Positions 1 through 10,990 are shown, counted from the stretch's first letter. The stretch: 64,000 nucleotides of DNA from Acidobacteriota bacterium (GCA_963666055.2 CAXWPH010000006.1:192001-256000); one strand, 5' to 3'. Program-made: numbers and translations. Notes: generated by a model from the sequence alone, not told the origin.

Positions 1-1425
1 GCGCATCGCGGAGGCGCTCGGCGCCCTCCGCCGTCACTGCCGTCTGCCAGAGATAGAGGGCACGAAGTCGGGGTAGCGAGGTGAGGTGCTGCAGGCCGTC
101 GTCGGTCACCGAGGTGGCGTAGAGGTTGAGGTACTCCAGATAGGGCAGCTCGGCAAGATGGCTCAGGCCGGCATCGGTCACCGCCGTTCCTTCCAGGTGC
201 AGTCGGGTCAGGTTGCTCAACCCCGCCAGGACCCTCAAGCCGGCGTCGTCGACTGGCGAATTACCCAGGTCGAGCCAGGCGACTTGCTCCGCCACTGGCT
301 GCAGGGCCGCGGCCAGCTTCTCGCCGGTACACGCCTCGACGACGCAGCGTACCTCGAGAAAGGGCTCTTGCTCACCGAGCTCGTTCACCGCGGCACCGAG
401 TGCTCGTAGCGCGACCGCCGCAGCGGCCGGCGGCGCGACATCGAGCGCGAAGATCCCGGTGCGGATCTCGTCGAGGCCGTAGCCGTCGAATATCGCCTGG
501 ACGATCGGCGTAGTTTCCGCCTCGCTGAGCTTGGCGTCGAACGAGGCTCCGCCATCGATCCACCAGCGGATCAGCTCGGCCTGCGCGACGCTCGGCTGCG
601 GACGGCCCTCGGGCGGCATGTGGTCGTCGTGCTCGATCGGCAACCACATGCGGCGGATGAGCTCGCTCGCTTCTGCCTTCCCCTCTACCAATACCTCGCC
701 GTTCTGCCCACCCTCGAGGATGCCCTCAGGAGCGTCGAGCCGCAGGCCACCTCGCAGCTCGATGCCGTTGTGACAGGTCGCACAGCGTTCGGCAAGGACC
801 GGTTCGATCACGAGTAAACGGTGGCTTCCTCGAGACTCTCGATCGATAGCTGCCCGATAGCCGCCTTGGGCGACAGCCCAGCGATCGTCCGCAAACCGTC
901 GGGCATGTAGCGCGTCAGGTAGCCTTCGCCACGGGTCAGCTCGCCGCCCAGATGGCCGCCGACGACGACTCCGCAACAGGCCAGCGACAGGAGGAACAGG
1001 TAGCCGGGTGGCTCCGTCGCGTGCCGCAGGGCGCGTTTCTTGAGCACGTATGCGGTCACCGCGACGACAGCGATGCCGATTCCCAGACGCCGGTGCCAGA
1101 GCAATGTGCTGGCGACGTAGCCGCCGCTCTGCGCCAGATACAGACCTGCAACCGCCGCCAGGATGGCGCTCCAGGCACCGACCAGGAGAACGGCTGCCAC
1201 CGCATGACCACCGGCTCCGAACCGCGAACTGCGCAGGACGCCCTCGAGCAACGCCGCGATCAGCAGGAAGCCGATCGGCAGGTGCACGAGCGCCGGGTGG
1301 AATCGTCCGAGGAACAGCTCGACGTCCCCTTCCCGGCCCGGGGCCACGGTGACCGAAAGCACGAGCAGCAACAGCAATCCGGAAATCAGCGCCAGCTGTG
1401 ATGCCCCCCGCCGATCGGCGGTCAT
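1..1425 (-). pseudogene. Membrane (DUF2231-like) + planctomycete cytochrome c + leucine-rich-repeat protein; frameshifted at ~812, runs off left edge
   Basis: ORF 808..1425 (GRFHPALVHLPIG; GHLGGELTRG) stops at ATVYS*. Another frame continues LVIEPVLAERCATCHNG...HMPPEG...LIRWWIDGGA, then LRRs (LTRLHLEGTAVTDAGL, LEYLNLYATSVTDDGL) to base 1. Confidence 0.8.
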
Positions 1426-1453
1426 CCCGGCGCGCTCACGCCGTTCGCGCCGT

Positions 1454-2941
1454 TCACGCCAGAATCTCCCGCACCACCTTGCCGTGCACGTCGGTCAGGC
1501 GGAAGTCGCGTCCCTGGAATGGGTAGATGAGCTGTTCGTGGTCGAAGCCCAACAGGTGAAGGATCGTCGCCTGAAGGTCGTGGATGTGGACCCGCCCGCT
1601 AACGCCGCTATAGCCGATCTCGTCGGTCTCCCCGTGCGTCGTGCCCGCCTTCACCCCGCCGCCGGCCAGCCACATGGTGAAGACATCGCTGTGGTGATCG
1701 CGACCGATGTAGGGGTTGTCGGATCCGCTGCGATTCTCCAGCATCGGCGTGCGGCCGAACTCACCGCCCCAGACCACCAGCGTCTCGTCGAGCAGTCCCC
1801 GCTGCTTCAAGTCCTCGAGGAGTGCGGTCATCGGACGGTCGGTGGCCTTACAGCGACGGAGGAACCCTCCATTCAGCGCTTCGCTCTCGGCGGCGCCGTG
1901 CGCGTCCCACCCCCAGTCGAACAGCTGGACAAAACGCACGCCGCGCTCCACCAACCGGCGCGCTAACAGGCAGTTGTTGGCGAACGAGGTGACGCCGGGC
2001 TCGGCACCGTACATCTCCTTGATCGACTCCGGCTCCTTGCTGATATCCATCGCCTCCGGAACGGAGACTTGCATGCGGAAGGCGAGCTCGTACTGGGCGA
2101 TGCGCGTCAGGATCTCCGGATCACCGATCTCGGCGTACTGTCGCTCGTTGATGCGATTGATGGCGTCGATGGAACTACGCCGAACGTCGCGCGGCAGGCC
2201 AGCGGGATCCGCCACGAACAGCACCGGATCGCCGTGAGACCGGCACTGCACACCTTGATATACGGACGGCAAGAACCCGCTGCCATAGACGCTGGCACCC
2301 GCGTCGGGCGAAACCCCACCCGACAGCAGCACCACGAAACCGGGCAGGTCGGAGTTCTCGGTGCCCAGACCGTAGGTGACCCACGACCCCATGCTCGGTC
2401 GTCCGAGCCGCGCGCTGCCGGTATGGACCAGCAGCTGCGCCGGCGCGTGGTTGAACTCGTCGGTGTGCATCGCCTTGAGAAAGGCCACGTCGTCGACCAC
2501 CGAGGCGAAATGCGGCAGATGATTCGACACCCAGGCGCCGGAATCTCCGTGTTGCTGGAACGTGGCTTGAGGCCCGAGCATCTTCGGTATGCCGCGAATG
2601 AACGCGAACCGCTTGCCCTCGATCAGCGACGGCGGACACGGCTGACCGTCGAGCCGCGCCAGCTCGGGCTTGTAGTCGAACAGCTCGTGCTGGGAAGGTG
2701 CCCCCGCCATGTGCAGGAAGATGACCCGTTTGGCTTTCGGGGCGAAGTGTGGGGCGCGCTGCGCCAGCGGCTCGGCCAGGTCACGGAGCATCGGGCTGCG
2801 GGGGGCGTCGACCGCGGTCGCACGGCACCCGAACATCGAGGCCAGCACCACCCCGCCGAGCCCGTTCGACGTGCTTCTGAGGAAATGGCGGCGCGTCGTG
2901 TGCTCCAGGGCTCGACGACGAGCCGCCTCATGCACCTTCAT
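1454..2941 (-). CDS. DUF1501 domain protein, Tat-exported
   Basis: TRRHFL Tat motif; AKRVIFLHMAGAPSQ, ARRLVERGVRFVQL, GGEFGRTP, GRDHH motifs. Confidence 0.9.
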   Translation of the reverse strand: MKVHEAARRRALEHTTRRHFLRSTSNGLGGVVLASMFGCRATAVDAPRSPMLRDLAEPLAQRAPHFAPKAKRVIFLHMAGAPSQHELFDYKPELARLDGQPCPPSLIEGKRFAFIRGIPKMLGPQATFQQHGDSGAWVSNHLPHFASVVDDVAFLKAMHTDEFNHAPAQLLVHTGSARLGRPSMGSWVTYGLGTENSDLPGFVVLLSGGVSPDAGASVYGSGFLPSVYQGVQCRSHGDPVLFVADPAGLPRDVRRSSIDAINRINERQYAEIGDPEILTRIAQYELAFRMQVSVPEAMDISKEPESIKEMYGAEPGVTSFANNCLLARRLVERGVRFVQLFDWGWDAHGAAESEALNGGFLRRCKATDRPMTALLEDLKQRGLLDETLVVWGGEFGRTPMLENRSGSDNPYIGRDHHSDVFTMWLAGGGVKAGTTHGETDEIGYSGVSGRVHIHDLQATILHLLGFDHEQLIYPFQGRDFRLTDVHGKVVREILA

Positions 2942-2951
2942 GGCAACTGCC

Positions 2952-5498
2952 TCATTCCTTCGCCAGGAAAGCGTCGAGGTTCAAGATCGCGTTGGCCGCG
3001 ACGGTGAGCGCGGCGTGCTCCGGCCCGGCGTCGGATCCGCTCATTGCGACGCGGTCGGCCACTGCGCCACCGTAGTGGCGCGCCGCTTCGTCGTACAGGC
3101 TCCGCAATGCGGACAGGGCACTGTGATCGGACTCCCTGCCGAGCGCCAGCCGAAAGCCGGTCGCGAGCCAGGCGTCAGGCCCACCCGCATCGGCCCCGGC
3201 TTCGTGCTGCTCGAGCATTCGGTGCGCGAGCGCCTGGGCCGCCTCGACGAACGCCGGGTCGTTGAGCGTTACCAGGGCCTGAAGCGGGGTGTTGGTGCGC
3301 ACCCGCCGCGACACGCAGAACTCGCGACTAGGGCTGTCGAAAGTAGTCATTGAGGGGTACGGGACCGACCGTCGCCAGTACGTATACAGCGCCCGCCGGT
3401 AGCGGTCGGGGCCCTCGGCGGTCTCCCACCTGGTGTCGTCGTACGGGGTTTGCCAAAGGCCCTCCGGCTGCGGTGGCATCACGCTGGGACCGTACATGGT
3501 GCCATCGAGTAGCCCGCTCACGGCGAGGACCTGGTCGCGAATCTGCTCGGCGGTGAGCCGAAACCTCGGGCCGCGCCCAAGCAAGCGGTTGCGCGGGTCG
3601 CGTAGCAATCCGTCCGCGCTGAAGACCGACGACTGCTGGTAGGTCGCCGAAGTCACAATCTGACGAAGCAACGATTTCACGCTCCACTCGTGCTCGTGGA
3701 CGAATTGCAGCGCCAGCCAATCCAGCAGCTGCGGATGTGACGGCGGCAATCCCTGCGTGCCGAAGTCCTCGGACGTCTCGACGATACCGATGCCGAACAG
3801 CTGTTCCCAGAACCGGTTGACGATCACCCTGGCAGTAAGCGGATTCGCCGGGTCGACGAGCCAGCGTGCCAGGCCGAGGCGATTGCGAGGGGCATCGTCG
3901 GGCATGGAAGGCATCGACGCCGGAACCCCCGCCGACACCTCGCCCGTGCGCAGCAGAAAGTTTCCGCGCTCGAACACGTGGGTGGTACGGCGGCGATCGC
4001 CCGGCACTTCTTGCATGATCGGCGTCAGCAGAGGTTCGAGTGCCCAGAGCTCCTCGTGGAGCGCGCTCCGGCGCTCCCGCAGCGCATTCAGCTCCGCATC
4101 CGGCGAGGCCTCGGCGAAGGCGAAGCGGATGAACGCCCGCTGGGCATCGTCGCGATCGGGCTCGGGAGTCCGAACGATGCGAAGAACCTCCAGCTTCCAG
4201 GTTTCTCCGATCGTGCCCGCAACCTCCGGATCGTCCAGCTGCGATTCCCAGTCGCGGCGCGCCACCTGCATGGCAGCGGTCGAGGCGATCGCCTCCATGG
4301 TCTCCTGCAGCTCACGTACCTGCCCTAGCAGCGCCTCGCCCTCGGTCTCCGTTTGCGGGCTGAACGTCGCCAGCGTCGGAGGTTCCTCCAGCCGTACTCC
4401 CGCTTGGTCCCAGCGCCCTTGGTCCCAGTCCGTGGTGTTGTTGAAGAACGCTAGGATGGAGTAGTACTCCTCGTGGCGAAACGGGTCGTAGGGATGCCCG
4501 TGACACTGTGTGCAACCGATGGTGGTGCCCTGCCACACTTCCCACGTGGTGTTCACCCGGTCGATGACGGCGGCGAGGCGGTGCTCCTCGTCGTCGGTGC
4601 CGCCCTCCAGATTGGTCATCGTGTTGCGATGAAACGCGGTGGCCACGCGCTGGCTCTCGCTCGAGTCCGGGAGCAAATCGCCCGCAAGTTGCTCCACGGT
4701 GAACTGATCGAACGGCAGGTCGCGGTTGAACGCCGCGATGACCCAGTCCCGGTAGCGCCAGATCGTGCGCCCACCGTCCTTCTCGTACCCGGTCGAGTCC
4801 GCGTAGCGCGCCAGGTCGAGCCACATCGCCGCCCAGCGCTCGCCGAAGCGCGGCGACTCGAGAAGGCGGTCGACGAATCGCTCATACGTCTCAGGCGAGC
4901 CATCGCGGCATACGCTCGCCAGCTCATCCGGCGCTGCCGGCAAGCCCACGAGATCCAGGCTGACGCGACGCAGTAGCGTACGGCAGTCGGCAGGTGGCGA
5001 CGGCGTCATCCCCTCCTCGTCCAGGCGCGCCGCCACGAAGCGATCGATCCCGTTGTGCGGCCAGGCATCATCCGACACCTCCGGAAGACCGGAATCGACC
5101 GGCGCCACGTACGCCCAGTGCGCCTCCCAACGCGCCCCCTGCTCGATCCAGCGCCGCAGCCGCGCCACCTCGTCGTCGCTGAGCGCAGCGCCCTCCTTGG
5201 GCATGCGTTGGTGAGGATCACGGTGCGTAACACGCCGCAGCAGCTCGCTGGCGCCCGGATCTCCCGGCACCACGGCAGACCTGCCGGACTCGGCGGGCCG
5301 CACCGCGTCGGCTCGGAAAAGCAGGCTCAGACCGGCTTGCTGTCGAACTCCACCGTGACAGGCTACGCAGCGCTCGTTGAAGATCGGACGGACGTCGCGA
5401 TTGAAGTCCACCTCGTCGCCGCTTGCCGAGCCCCACCCGAGCCAGACGACGCCCCCGACCATGGCGAGTGTGACTATCGGCAGCAGATTCCTGGGCAT
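2952..5498 (-). CDS. PSD1 / planctomycete cytochrome c protein (DUF1549 + DUF1553)
   Basis: CVACH and CTQCH heme motifs; WLDLARYADS, PSHPQLLDWLA, TNTPLQAL; adjacent to DUF1501 gene as is typical. Confidence 0.9.
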   Translation of the reverse strand: MPRNLLPIVTLAMVGGVVWLGWGSASGDEVDFNRDVRPIFNERCVACHGGVRQQAGLSLLFRADAVRPAESGRSAVVPGDPGASELLRRVTHRDPHQRMPKEGAALSDDEVARLRRWIEQGARWEAHWAYVAPVDSGLPEVSDDAWPHNGIDRFVAARLDEEGMTPSPPADCRTLLRRVSLDLVGLPAAPDELASVCRDGSPETYERFVDRLLESPRFGERWAAMWLDLARYADSTGYEKDGGRTIWRYRDWVIAAFNRDLPFDQFTVEQLAGDLLPDSSESQRVATAFHRNTMTNLEGGTDDEEHRLAAVIDRVNTTWEVWQGTTIGCTQCHGHPYDPFRHEEYYSILAFFNNTTDWDQGRWDQAGVRLEEPPTLATFSPQTETEGEALLGQVRELQETMEAIASTAAMQVARRDWESQLDDPEVAGTIGETWKLEVLRIVRTPEPDRDDAQRAFIRFAFAEASPDAELNALRERRSALHEELWALEPLLTPIMQEVPGDRRRTTHVFERGNFLLRTGEVSAGVPASMPSMPDDAPRNRLGLARWLVDPANPLTARVIVNRFWEQLFGIGIVETSEDFGTQGLPPSHPQLLDWLALQFVHEHEWSVKSLLRQIVTSATYQQSSVFSADGLLRDPRNRLLGRGPRFRLTAEQIRDQVLAVSGLLDGTMYGPSVMPPQPEGLWQTPYDDTRWETAEGPDRYRRALYTYWRRSVPYPSMTTFDSPSREFCVSRRVRTNTPLQALVTLNDPAFVEAAQALAHRMLEQHEAGADAGGPDAWLATGFRLALGRESDHSALSALRSLYDEAARHYGGAVADRVAMSGSDAGPEHAALTVAANAILNLDAFLAKE

Positions 5499-5501
5499 CT
5501 G

Positions 5502-7502
5502 TCAGTGCTCGGCAATCATTGCCCGGGCCTGCTCGACGTATCGCTTGGCATCTTCCGCGAGCAGCAAGCGCTCCTGAACCAGCCTCAGCGCCGCCCCAGA
5601 CACCTGGTCGACGTAATCGTCGGCGCTCGAATAGCGTTCCTCGAGCGACAGACGCGGATCGCCGCCGGCGAGGCGCTCGGCTCTGGTGTGCGGCAGCGGG
5701 ATGGTGGATCCGATGACGCTGCACAGAGCGCCCTCGGCGTAGCCGGCACTGCGCAGGTTCCAGCCCAGGTAGGTCGCCATGGGCACCTCGATCGCCGGCA
5801 TGCGGATACCGGCAACATCGTGGCCGTCGCTGTCGACCGCCGGCACGAACGCCGGGTACGGGGCACCCTCGGTCGGAGGTTGCTTGGCGTAGTCGACAAC
5901 GTGCACTTGATTGACTTGGCCGTCGTAGCCAACGCCCGGAATCTGCGGATAACCGACCGCGGCCTGGCTGGGCGGAACGAGCGTTGCATCGGATCGTGAC
6001 GGGAAGCGGCTGTCCGGCGGCAGCGTGCCGTCGCTCACCCAGCGGTCGAGCGCCACCAGCAGGGCACGGGCCGGGCCGCCGCGGTGCAGCGGGTTGCTCG
6101 GCAGCTGACAATTCGCCACCGGTCCGGGCTGCACGCCGAACGAATTGGAGTGCGGTGTGCTGGAGATCAGGTAGGCACGCACGTTTTCCGGCAGCTCGAG
6201 CGGCTCGCCCGCGGTATCGGTGACGATCAGCGAGGAACGCCCCTGAAAGAACTCCGTCGATGAATCGACGTGCATCACCTTGGGGCAGTTGCCGGCCGCC
6301 TCGCAGCGCGCCAGGACGCCATCGCGCTTGCCGGTCACCGAATCGGTCAGCGTCGCGTAGGTGAACGGGAACTGATCGCCAGGCTGGAGATGGGACTCGT
6401 GCTGGCGGGAAAAGCGCCCCGGTTGCCCAAAGCGATGGTTGATGAAGGTCCGGCGCGCCCCTGCCACATCAGGAACCACGCCATCGAAGACGACCCGTCC
6501 AGCCTCATCCTCGTTGAACCCCTGATACAGCATGTCGCGCAGGAAGCGACCGCTTTGTGAGATTCCCAGGGCGTAGGCGCGCTCGATACCGGGAGCTCCG
6601 CCCGGCGCCAGCGGGTTGGCGTTGCCAGCGTCATCGGCGGCGGCATGACGTAGGAAGGCGACGACGTCCCGTACGGAGGCGAACGCCAGGCCGGAAACCA
6701 CCGCATCGCACGCCGTATAGATGAGCTCGTAGATGGCGCCAGCGTCAAAGCCCTCCGGGCGCTCAACCAGTATCTGCTTGGCGCTGGTGAAGAAGGTCCC
6801 CCCACGCGTCACCGGCAGGTACCGGAACGCTAGGCCTGGCGGCGTCTGCCGGATGTCGTGGGTGTGCTGACGTACCGTAAGCCGAGCGTCGGCGGGATCG
6901 AGGCGGGCTGACGGGTAGTTCAACGTCGCGACGGCGGGATTCCGATCGTGATCGAATATGAACTCCTCCCGGCTCAGGCCCTCGATCCCCGGTACGGCCG
7001 GCGCTTCCAGGAACATGCGCCCATCGCCGGGCGGGGCATCCGTCTGCCACCCGGACCAAACAACCGTGTAGCCCTGGCGCATCATGAAGCCGTTGCCAGC
7101 GTCGTCCGCCGTCGACGGATCGTTGACGCGCGGCGCGTCGTTCATCAGGCCGAGCCCGATCTTCCGGCCGCGATTGAGCACGTCGTAGAAGAGGCGCCCG
7201 TTGCCCCGCCCTAGCTCGATCGGCTTGAAGATGACCACGGTGGTGGCGTACTGCACTCGCCCGTCGGCATCTCGCGGGACCAGCGCCAAGTCGACGATCC
7301 CCGCGTTGTGCGGATCCTCCGGATCTACCGCCATCGTGACGCGCAGCGTTATTTTTTCGTAGCGCCCGACCGCGCCGAAAGAGCGCCCGTCGAAGGTCGG
7401 CGACTCGATCTCGGCTACCTCGACTCGGATCACCTCGCCTAAGGCGACGCTTGCCAGCAACAGAAAACTGACCTGCAAGGATGCTATTCGTTTCCATCGC
7501 AT
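5502..7502 (-). CDS. Secreted alpha/beta hydrolase domain protein
   Basis: Signal peptide; GISQSG nucleophile elbow; YDVLNRG; DPRLSLEERY C-terminal motif. Confidence 0.8.
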   Translation of the reverse strand: MRWKRIASLQVSFLLLASVALGEVIRVEVAEIESPTFDGRSFGAVGRYEKITLRVTMAVDPEDPHNAGIVDLALVPRDADGRVQYATTVVIFKPIELGRGNGRLFYDVLNRGRKIGLGLMNDAPRVNDPSTADDAGNGFMMRQGYTVVWSGWQTDAPPGDGRMFLEAPAVPGIEGLSREEFIFDHDRNPAVATLNYPSARLDPADARLTVRQHTHDIRQTPPGLAFRYLPVTRGGTFFTSAKQILVERPEGFDAGAIYELIYTACDAVVSGLAFASVRDVVAFLRHAAADDAGNANPLAPGGAPGIERAYALGISQSGRFLRDMLYQGFNEDEAGRVVFDGVVPDVAGARRTFINHRFGQPGRFSRQHESHLQPGDQFPFTYATLTDSVTGKRDGVLARCEAAGNCPKVMHVDSSTEFFQGRSSLIVTDTAGEPLELPENVRAYLISSTPHSNSFGVQPGPVANCQLPSNPLHRGGPARALLVALDRWVSDGTLPPDSRFPSRSDATLVPPSQAAVGYPQIPGVGYDGQVNQVHVVDYAKQPPTEGAPYPAFVPAVDSDGHDVAGIRMPAIEVPMATYLGWNLRSAGYAEGALCSVIGSTIPLPHTRAERLAGGDPRLSLEERYSSADDYVDQVSGAALRLVQERLLLAEDAKRYVEQARAMIAEH

Positions 7503-7634
7503 CGTTGACCTCGCGGGCGCACTCCCCGGAGCGCGCCTCTACCGACCGGCTTGTGGGCACCATCGACGAAGATTCTCAACGCCGAGATGCGTACAAGCAA
7601 CCGGTCGCCGGATACCAGCCGCCTAACGCAACGA

Positions 7635-7961
7635 TCAGGCGGGCAGATCCGGCAGATCGGACAGCACCGTCATGAACAGGTCGCGCGAGCGCCTGAGGGC
7701 TCGGGCACCCTCTGGCTCGAGGTGGAAAAAGCGCTTGGCGCGCCCTCCCCGTGCCGGGGTGGGCTCACCCTTGCGGGTGCCCACGTAGCCCTTGGCATCG
7801 AGCCGCCGCAGCGCCGCATAGACGTTGCCGATCGATACCGGACGGCCGGTGCGCTCCTCGATATCGCGCCGGATCTGCATGCCGTACGCATCATCGCCAA
7901 GGCGCACGAGGGTCGCCATCACCAGCAACTCGAACTCGCCCAGGTACTCGCCCTTGCCCAT
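7635..7961 (-). CDS. PadR family transcriptional regulator
   Basis: MGKGEYLGEFELLVM...AYGMQIRRDIEERTGRPVSIGNVYAALRRL...RGGRAKRFF; starts 4 bp after the permease stop. Confidence 0.9.
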   Translation of the reverse strand: MGKGEYLGEFELLVMATLVRLGDDAYGMQIRRDIEERTGRPVSIGNVYAALRRLDAKGYVGTRKGEPTPARGGRAKRFFHLEPEGARALRRSRDLFMTVLSDLPDLPA

Positions 7962-7965
7962 TCGA

Positions 7966-10647
7966 TTACTCCGCCCGGAGCGCGATCGCCGGCTCGACGC
8001 GCGTCGCCCGGTGCGCCGGTATCCAGGCCGAGAGCCCGGCCACCCCGAGCAGCACCCCGCCAACGGTGCCGTAAACAACGGGATCGAGGGCATTGATGGT
8101 CGGCTCGATGCTCGCCAGCACACGCGCGAGCGCCAGCGCCCCTGCGAGCCCGACGCCGACGCCGCACAGAATCAGCAGGCCCGAATTGCGCACCACCATG
8201 GCCCGAACATCGGCACCGCGCGCACCGAGTGCCATGCGGATTCCGAACTCGCGCGTGCGCTGCGCCACCATGTACGACAACACACCGTAGATCCCTGCTG
8301 CGGACATCACCAGTGCAAAGAGCGCGAACGCTCCGAACAAGGTCGAGATAGCGCTGAGCTCCGCCAAGTCATCCGCGAAGATGCGCGCCTGCGTGCGCAC
8401 ATCGGCTATCGGCTGCTCGGGATCGATGTCCCAGACGACGCGCCGGATAGGGGTCGCGACGCTCAGCGGGTCCCCCACCGTCTCAACCAGGAGGGCTCCC
8501 GCGTGGGCGGTGTGCTGCGCCAACGGCAGGTAGACGGACGGAACCACGGGATTGTTGGGGTCCGGGTACACCTCGTCGGAAACTACTCCGACGATCTCCA
8601 ACCACTCGCCGGCCCCACTCAACCGAAGTCGACGTCCGACCGGATCCTCGTCGGCCCAGAAACGCTCCACCGCTTCAGCGTTGACCAACGCTACCGGGGC
8701 CCCGCCAACATCGTCTTCTGGCCCGAGTAGCCTCCCCTGAATCGGCCGCATCCTCATCAGGTCGAAGTAGCCCGGATCAACGGTGACCGGGAAGGCCCAC
8801 GGCACCTGCTCGGCGCTGCGAACCTCGGCGCCCTCGATCTCGATCGACGCGGTCCCGACCGCATCGGCCAACGGGCGAGCGTCCACCCACGCGGCCCGAA
8901 CCACACCGCGGATCGCCTGCGTCCGTTCCAACACCTGCTGCCGGAACGCCCGCACTTGTTGCAGATCCGGATAGCGGGCCTCGGGCAACTCGACGCGCAA
9001 CGTGAGCACCGCCTCGGGATCGTAGGCGTACTCCAACGAGCGCACATCTAGCAATGCCCTGATAATGAGACCGGCAACGACCATCAGAGTGATCGCCAAA
9101 GACACCTGCGTGGCGACCAGCAGGCGCCGACCACGAAGCGTCGCCACGGAGCCCGAGGAGCGGCCGCTTTCCTTGAGGGTCGAGGCAAGATCGGCGCGTG
9201 CTGCGCGTAGCGCCGGTATGAGCCCGAACAGCACCGGGGCGCAGACCGACACACCGAGAGTAAACACCAACACCGGTCGGTCGATCTCCAACATCGAGAA
9301 GAACGAGCTGATGCCGGAGTTACCGCCAGCAATCCAGGTAAGCCCGACCAGCGCCGCGTGCGCCACCCCCAGTCCGAGCAGCCCCGAGGCCATTGAAAGC
9401 AGCACGCTCTCGGTGACCAGTTGCCGCAAGATTCGCGCTCGTCCGGCCCCGAGTGCCGCCCGCACCGCCAACTCCTGGGTCCGTCCGGTGGCCCGAGCAA
9501 GCGTCATGGTTGCGACGTTGGAACAGGCGATCAGCATGACCAACCCCACGGTGATCGACAGCAGGAGGAGAACGGCCCAGAATCCGTCGTCCGCCATCCC
9601 GTCGTAGAAACTCTGGACGTTGGGGATCCAGCCGCGGTTGGTCTCTGGATAGCGATCTGCCAGGCTCTCGCCGATCTCCAGGAACTCGGCATGTGCCTGT
9701 GCCATGGTCGCCCCCGCCACCAGCCGACCCGTGACCAGCAGGTCTCGCTGGTCACGGCGCCGAGCGGTCGGACTCAGCTCCATCGGCACCCAAACGTCGA
9801 TGCGCGCCAGGTCACCCCACTCCAGCGCCTCGGCGACGATCCCGACGACAACCGTCGGGTGACCGTCGAGCTTGAGCTCCCTGCCGACAACATTCGAGTC
9901 GAGTCCGTAGCGTCGCTCCCAGAACCCGTGGCTGAGCATGACAACGTGATCCGCGCCGGGGTCGTCTTCGCCGTCAACAAAGTCGCGGCCGAGGGTCGGC
10001 GCAACCCCCCAACTAGCGAACGCATTCGCCGTCACAGCACCGATGAGAACGCGCACGGGCTCGTCGCCATCGACCAACGCTCCGGCTCGCTGCTCCAAAG
10101 CAGCCATGTCTTCGAGTTGTCCTGTCTGCTCCCGGTAGTCGATGAAATCCGGCAACGAAGGTGTTTGCCGCTCGATTCCCCGCTCGGGATTCTGCATGGA
10201 TACGAGGGCGAGCTCGTCGGTGTTCTTGAACGGAAGGTCGGTGAAGAAGATGACGCTCACCATGCTGAAGATGGCGCTGTTCACACCGATGGCAAGCGTC
10301 AGGGTAAGCACCGTGATGCCACTGAACGCCGGGGCGCGGACAAGCGACCGCACGCCATATTTGAGATCTTGCAGCAGGTTGCTCATGGGGTGCTCCTTGG
10401 GCGCGCCGGGCGGTAGCAAACGCTGCGGCCGATCCAGGCCGGGGCGGAGGGACCGCAGCGCCTGGCCCCAGTACCAGCGCCGGGCCGCGCGCCGCCCGCC
10501 TGGCAGTCGATGCCGGCGGTACTCCTCGCTCAGATCACCGAGCAGGGCGTCACGCTCGGCGTCAGGCGAGAAAAGCCTCAGCAGAAGCGCCGCGAGTCGA
10601 GGCGGGCTGCCGCTTGGCGTTGACGGATTTGGTGATTTGTTCTGCAT
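7966..10647 (-). CDS. ADOP-family duplicated ABC permease (MacB/FtsX-like)
   Basis: LLGDLSEEY...RRWYWGQA N-terminus, LLQDLKYGVRSL, two MacB-PCD/FtsX repeats (ELAVRAALGAGR; RTREFGIRMALGA); start chosen at MQNKSP. Confidence 0.88.
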   Translation of the reverse strand: MQNKSPNPSTPSGSPPRLAALLLRLFSPDAERDALLGDLSEEYRRHRLPGGRRAARRWYWGQALRSLRPGLDRPQRLLPPGAPKEHPMSNLLQDLKYGVRSLVRAPAFSGITVLTLTLAIGVNSAIFSMVSVIFFTDLPFKNTDELALVSMQNPERGIERQTPSLPDFIDYREQTGQLEDMAALEQRAGALVDGDEPVRVLIGAVTANAFASWGVAPTLGRDFVDGEDDPGADHVVMLSHGFWERRYGLDSNVVGRELKLDGHPTVVVGIVAEALEWGDLARIDVWVPMELSPTARRRDQRDLLVTGRLVAGATMAQAHAEFLEIGESLADRYPETNRGWIPNVQSFYDGMADDGFWAVLLLLSITVGLVMLIACSNVATMTLARATGRTQELAVRAALGAGRARILRQLVTESVLLSMASGLLGLGVAHAALVGLTWIAGGNSGISSFFSMLEIDRPVLVFTLGVSVCAPVLFGLIPALRAARADLASTLKESGRSSGSVATLRGRRLLVATQVSLAITLMVVAGLIIRALLDVRSLEYAYDPEAVLTLRVELPEARYPDLQQVRAFRQQVLERTQAIRGVVRAAWVDARPLADAVGTASIEIEGAEVRSAEQVPWAFPVTVDPGYFDLMRMRPIQGRLLGPEDDVGGAPVALVNAEAVERFWADEDPVGRRLRLSGAGEWLEIVGVVSDEVYPDPNNPVVPSVYLPLAQHTAHAGALLVETVGDPLSVATPIRRVVWDIDPEQPIADVRTQARIFADDLAELSAISTLFGAFALFALVMSAAGIYGVLSYMVAQRTREFGIRMALGARGADVRAMVVRNSGLLILCGVGVGLAGALALARVLASIEPTINALDPVVYGTVGGVLLGVAGLSAWIPAHRATRVEPAIALRAE

Positions 10648-10711
10648 TGCACATAAAATACGCGAATAGCGAGTTTTTGTTTCACTTTTCTTGCTGGTCG
10701 CAACGCTTACC

Positions 10712-10979
10712 ATCGACAATCGGCCCCGACGGCAACCATCCCTTCCACATGGGTGATCTGATCAACATCGCGGCCAACGACGGTGGCCTCGGCCTGCTCA
10801 CGACGCAGACGACTCGCGTCACGTTGAGCTCCGGACCACTGAGTATCTTCGATCCGAACGGCAAGGCGTCGAGCGCCTTCATCGTCCACACCGACCCCGA
10901 CAGCTACTGCCCAGACGGTGAGGAGGCCGGTTGCGCGGGAGGCGGACGGATCGCCTGCGGCGTCATCCACCGGCAATAG
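10712..10979 (+). pseudogene. sodC: Cu/Zn superoxide dismutase, C-terminal fragment
   Basis: NHPFHMGDLINI...SAFIVHTDPD...GGGRIACGVI; the N-terminal HxH ligands and a plausible start are missing. Confidence 0.75.
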
Positions 10980-10990
10980 TCGCGGCAAGC

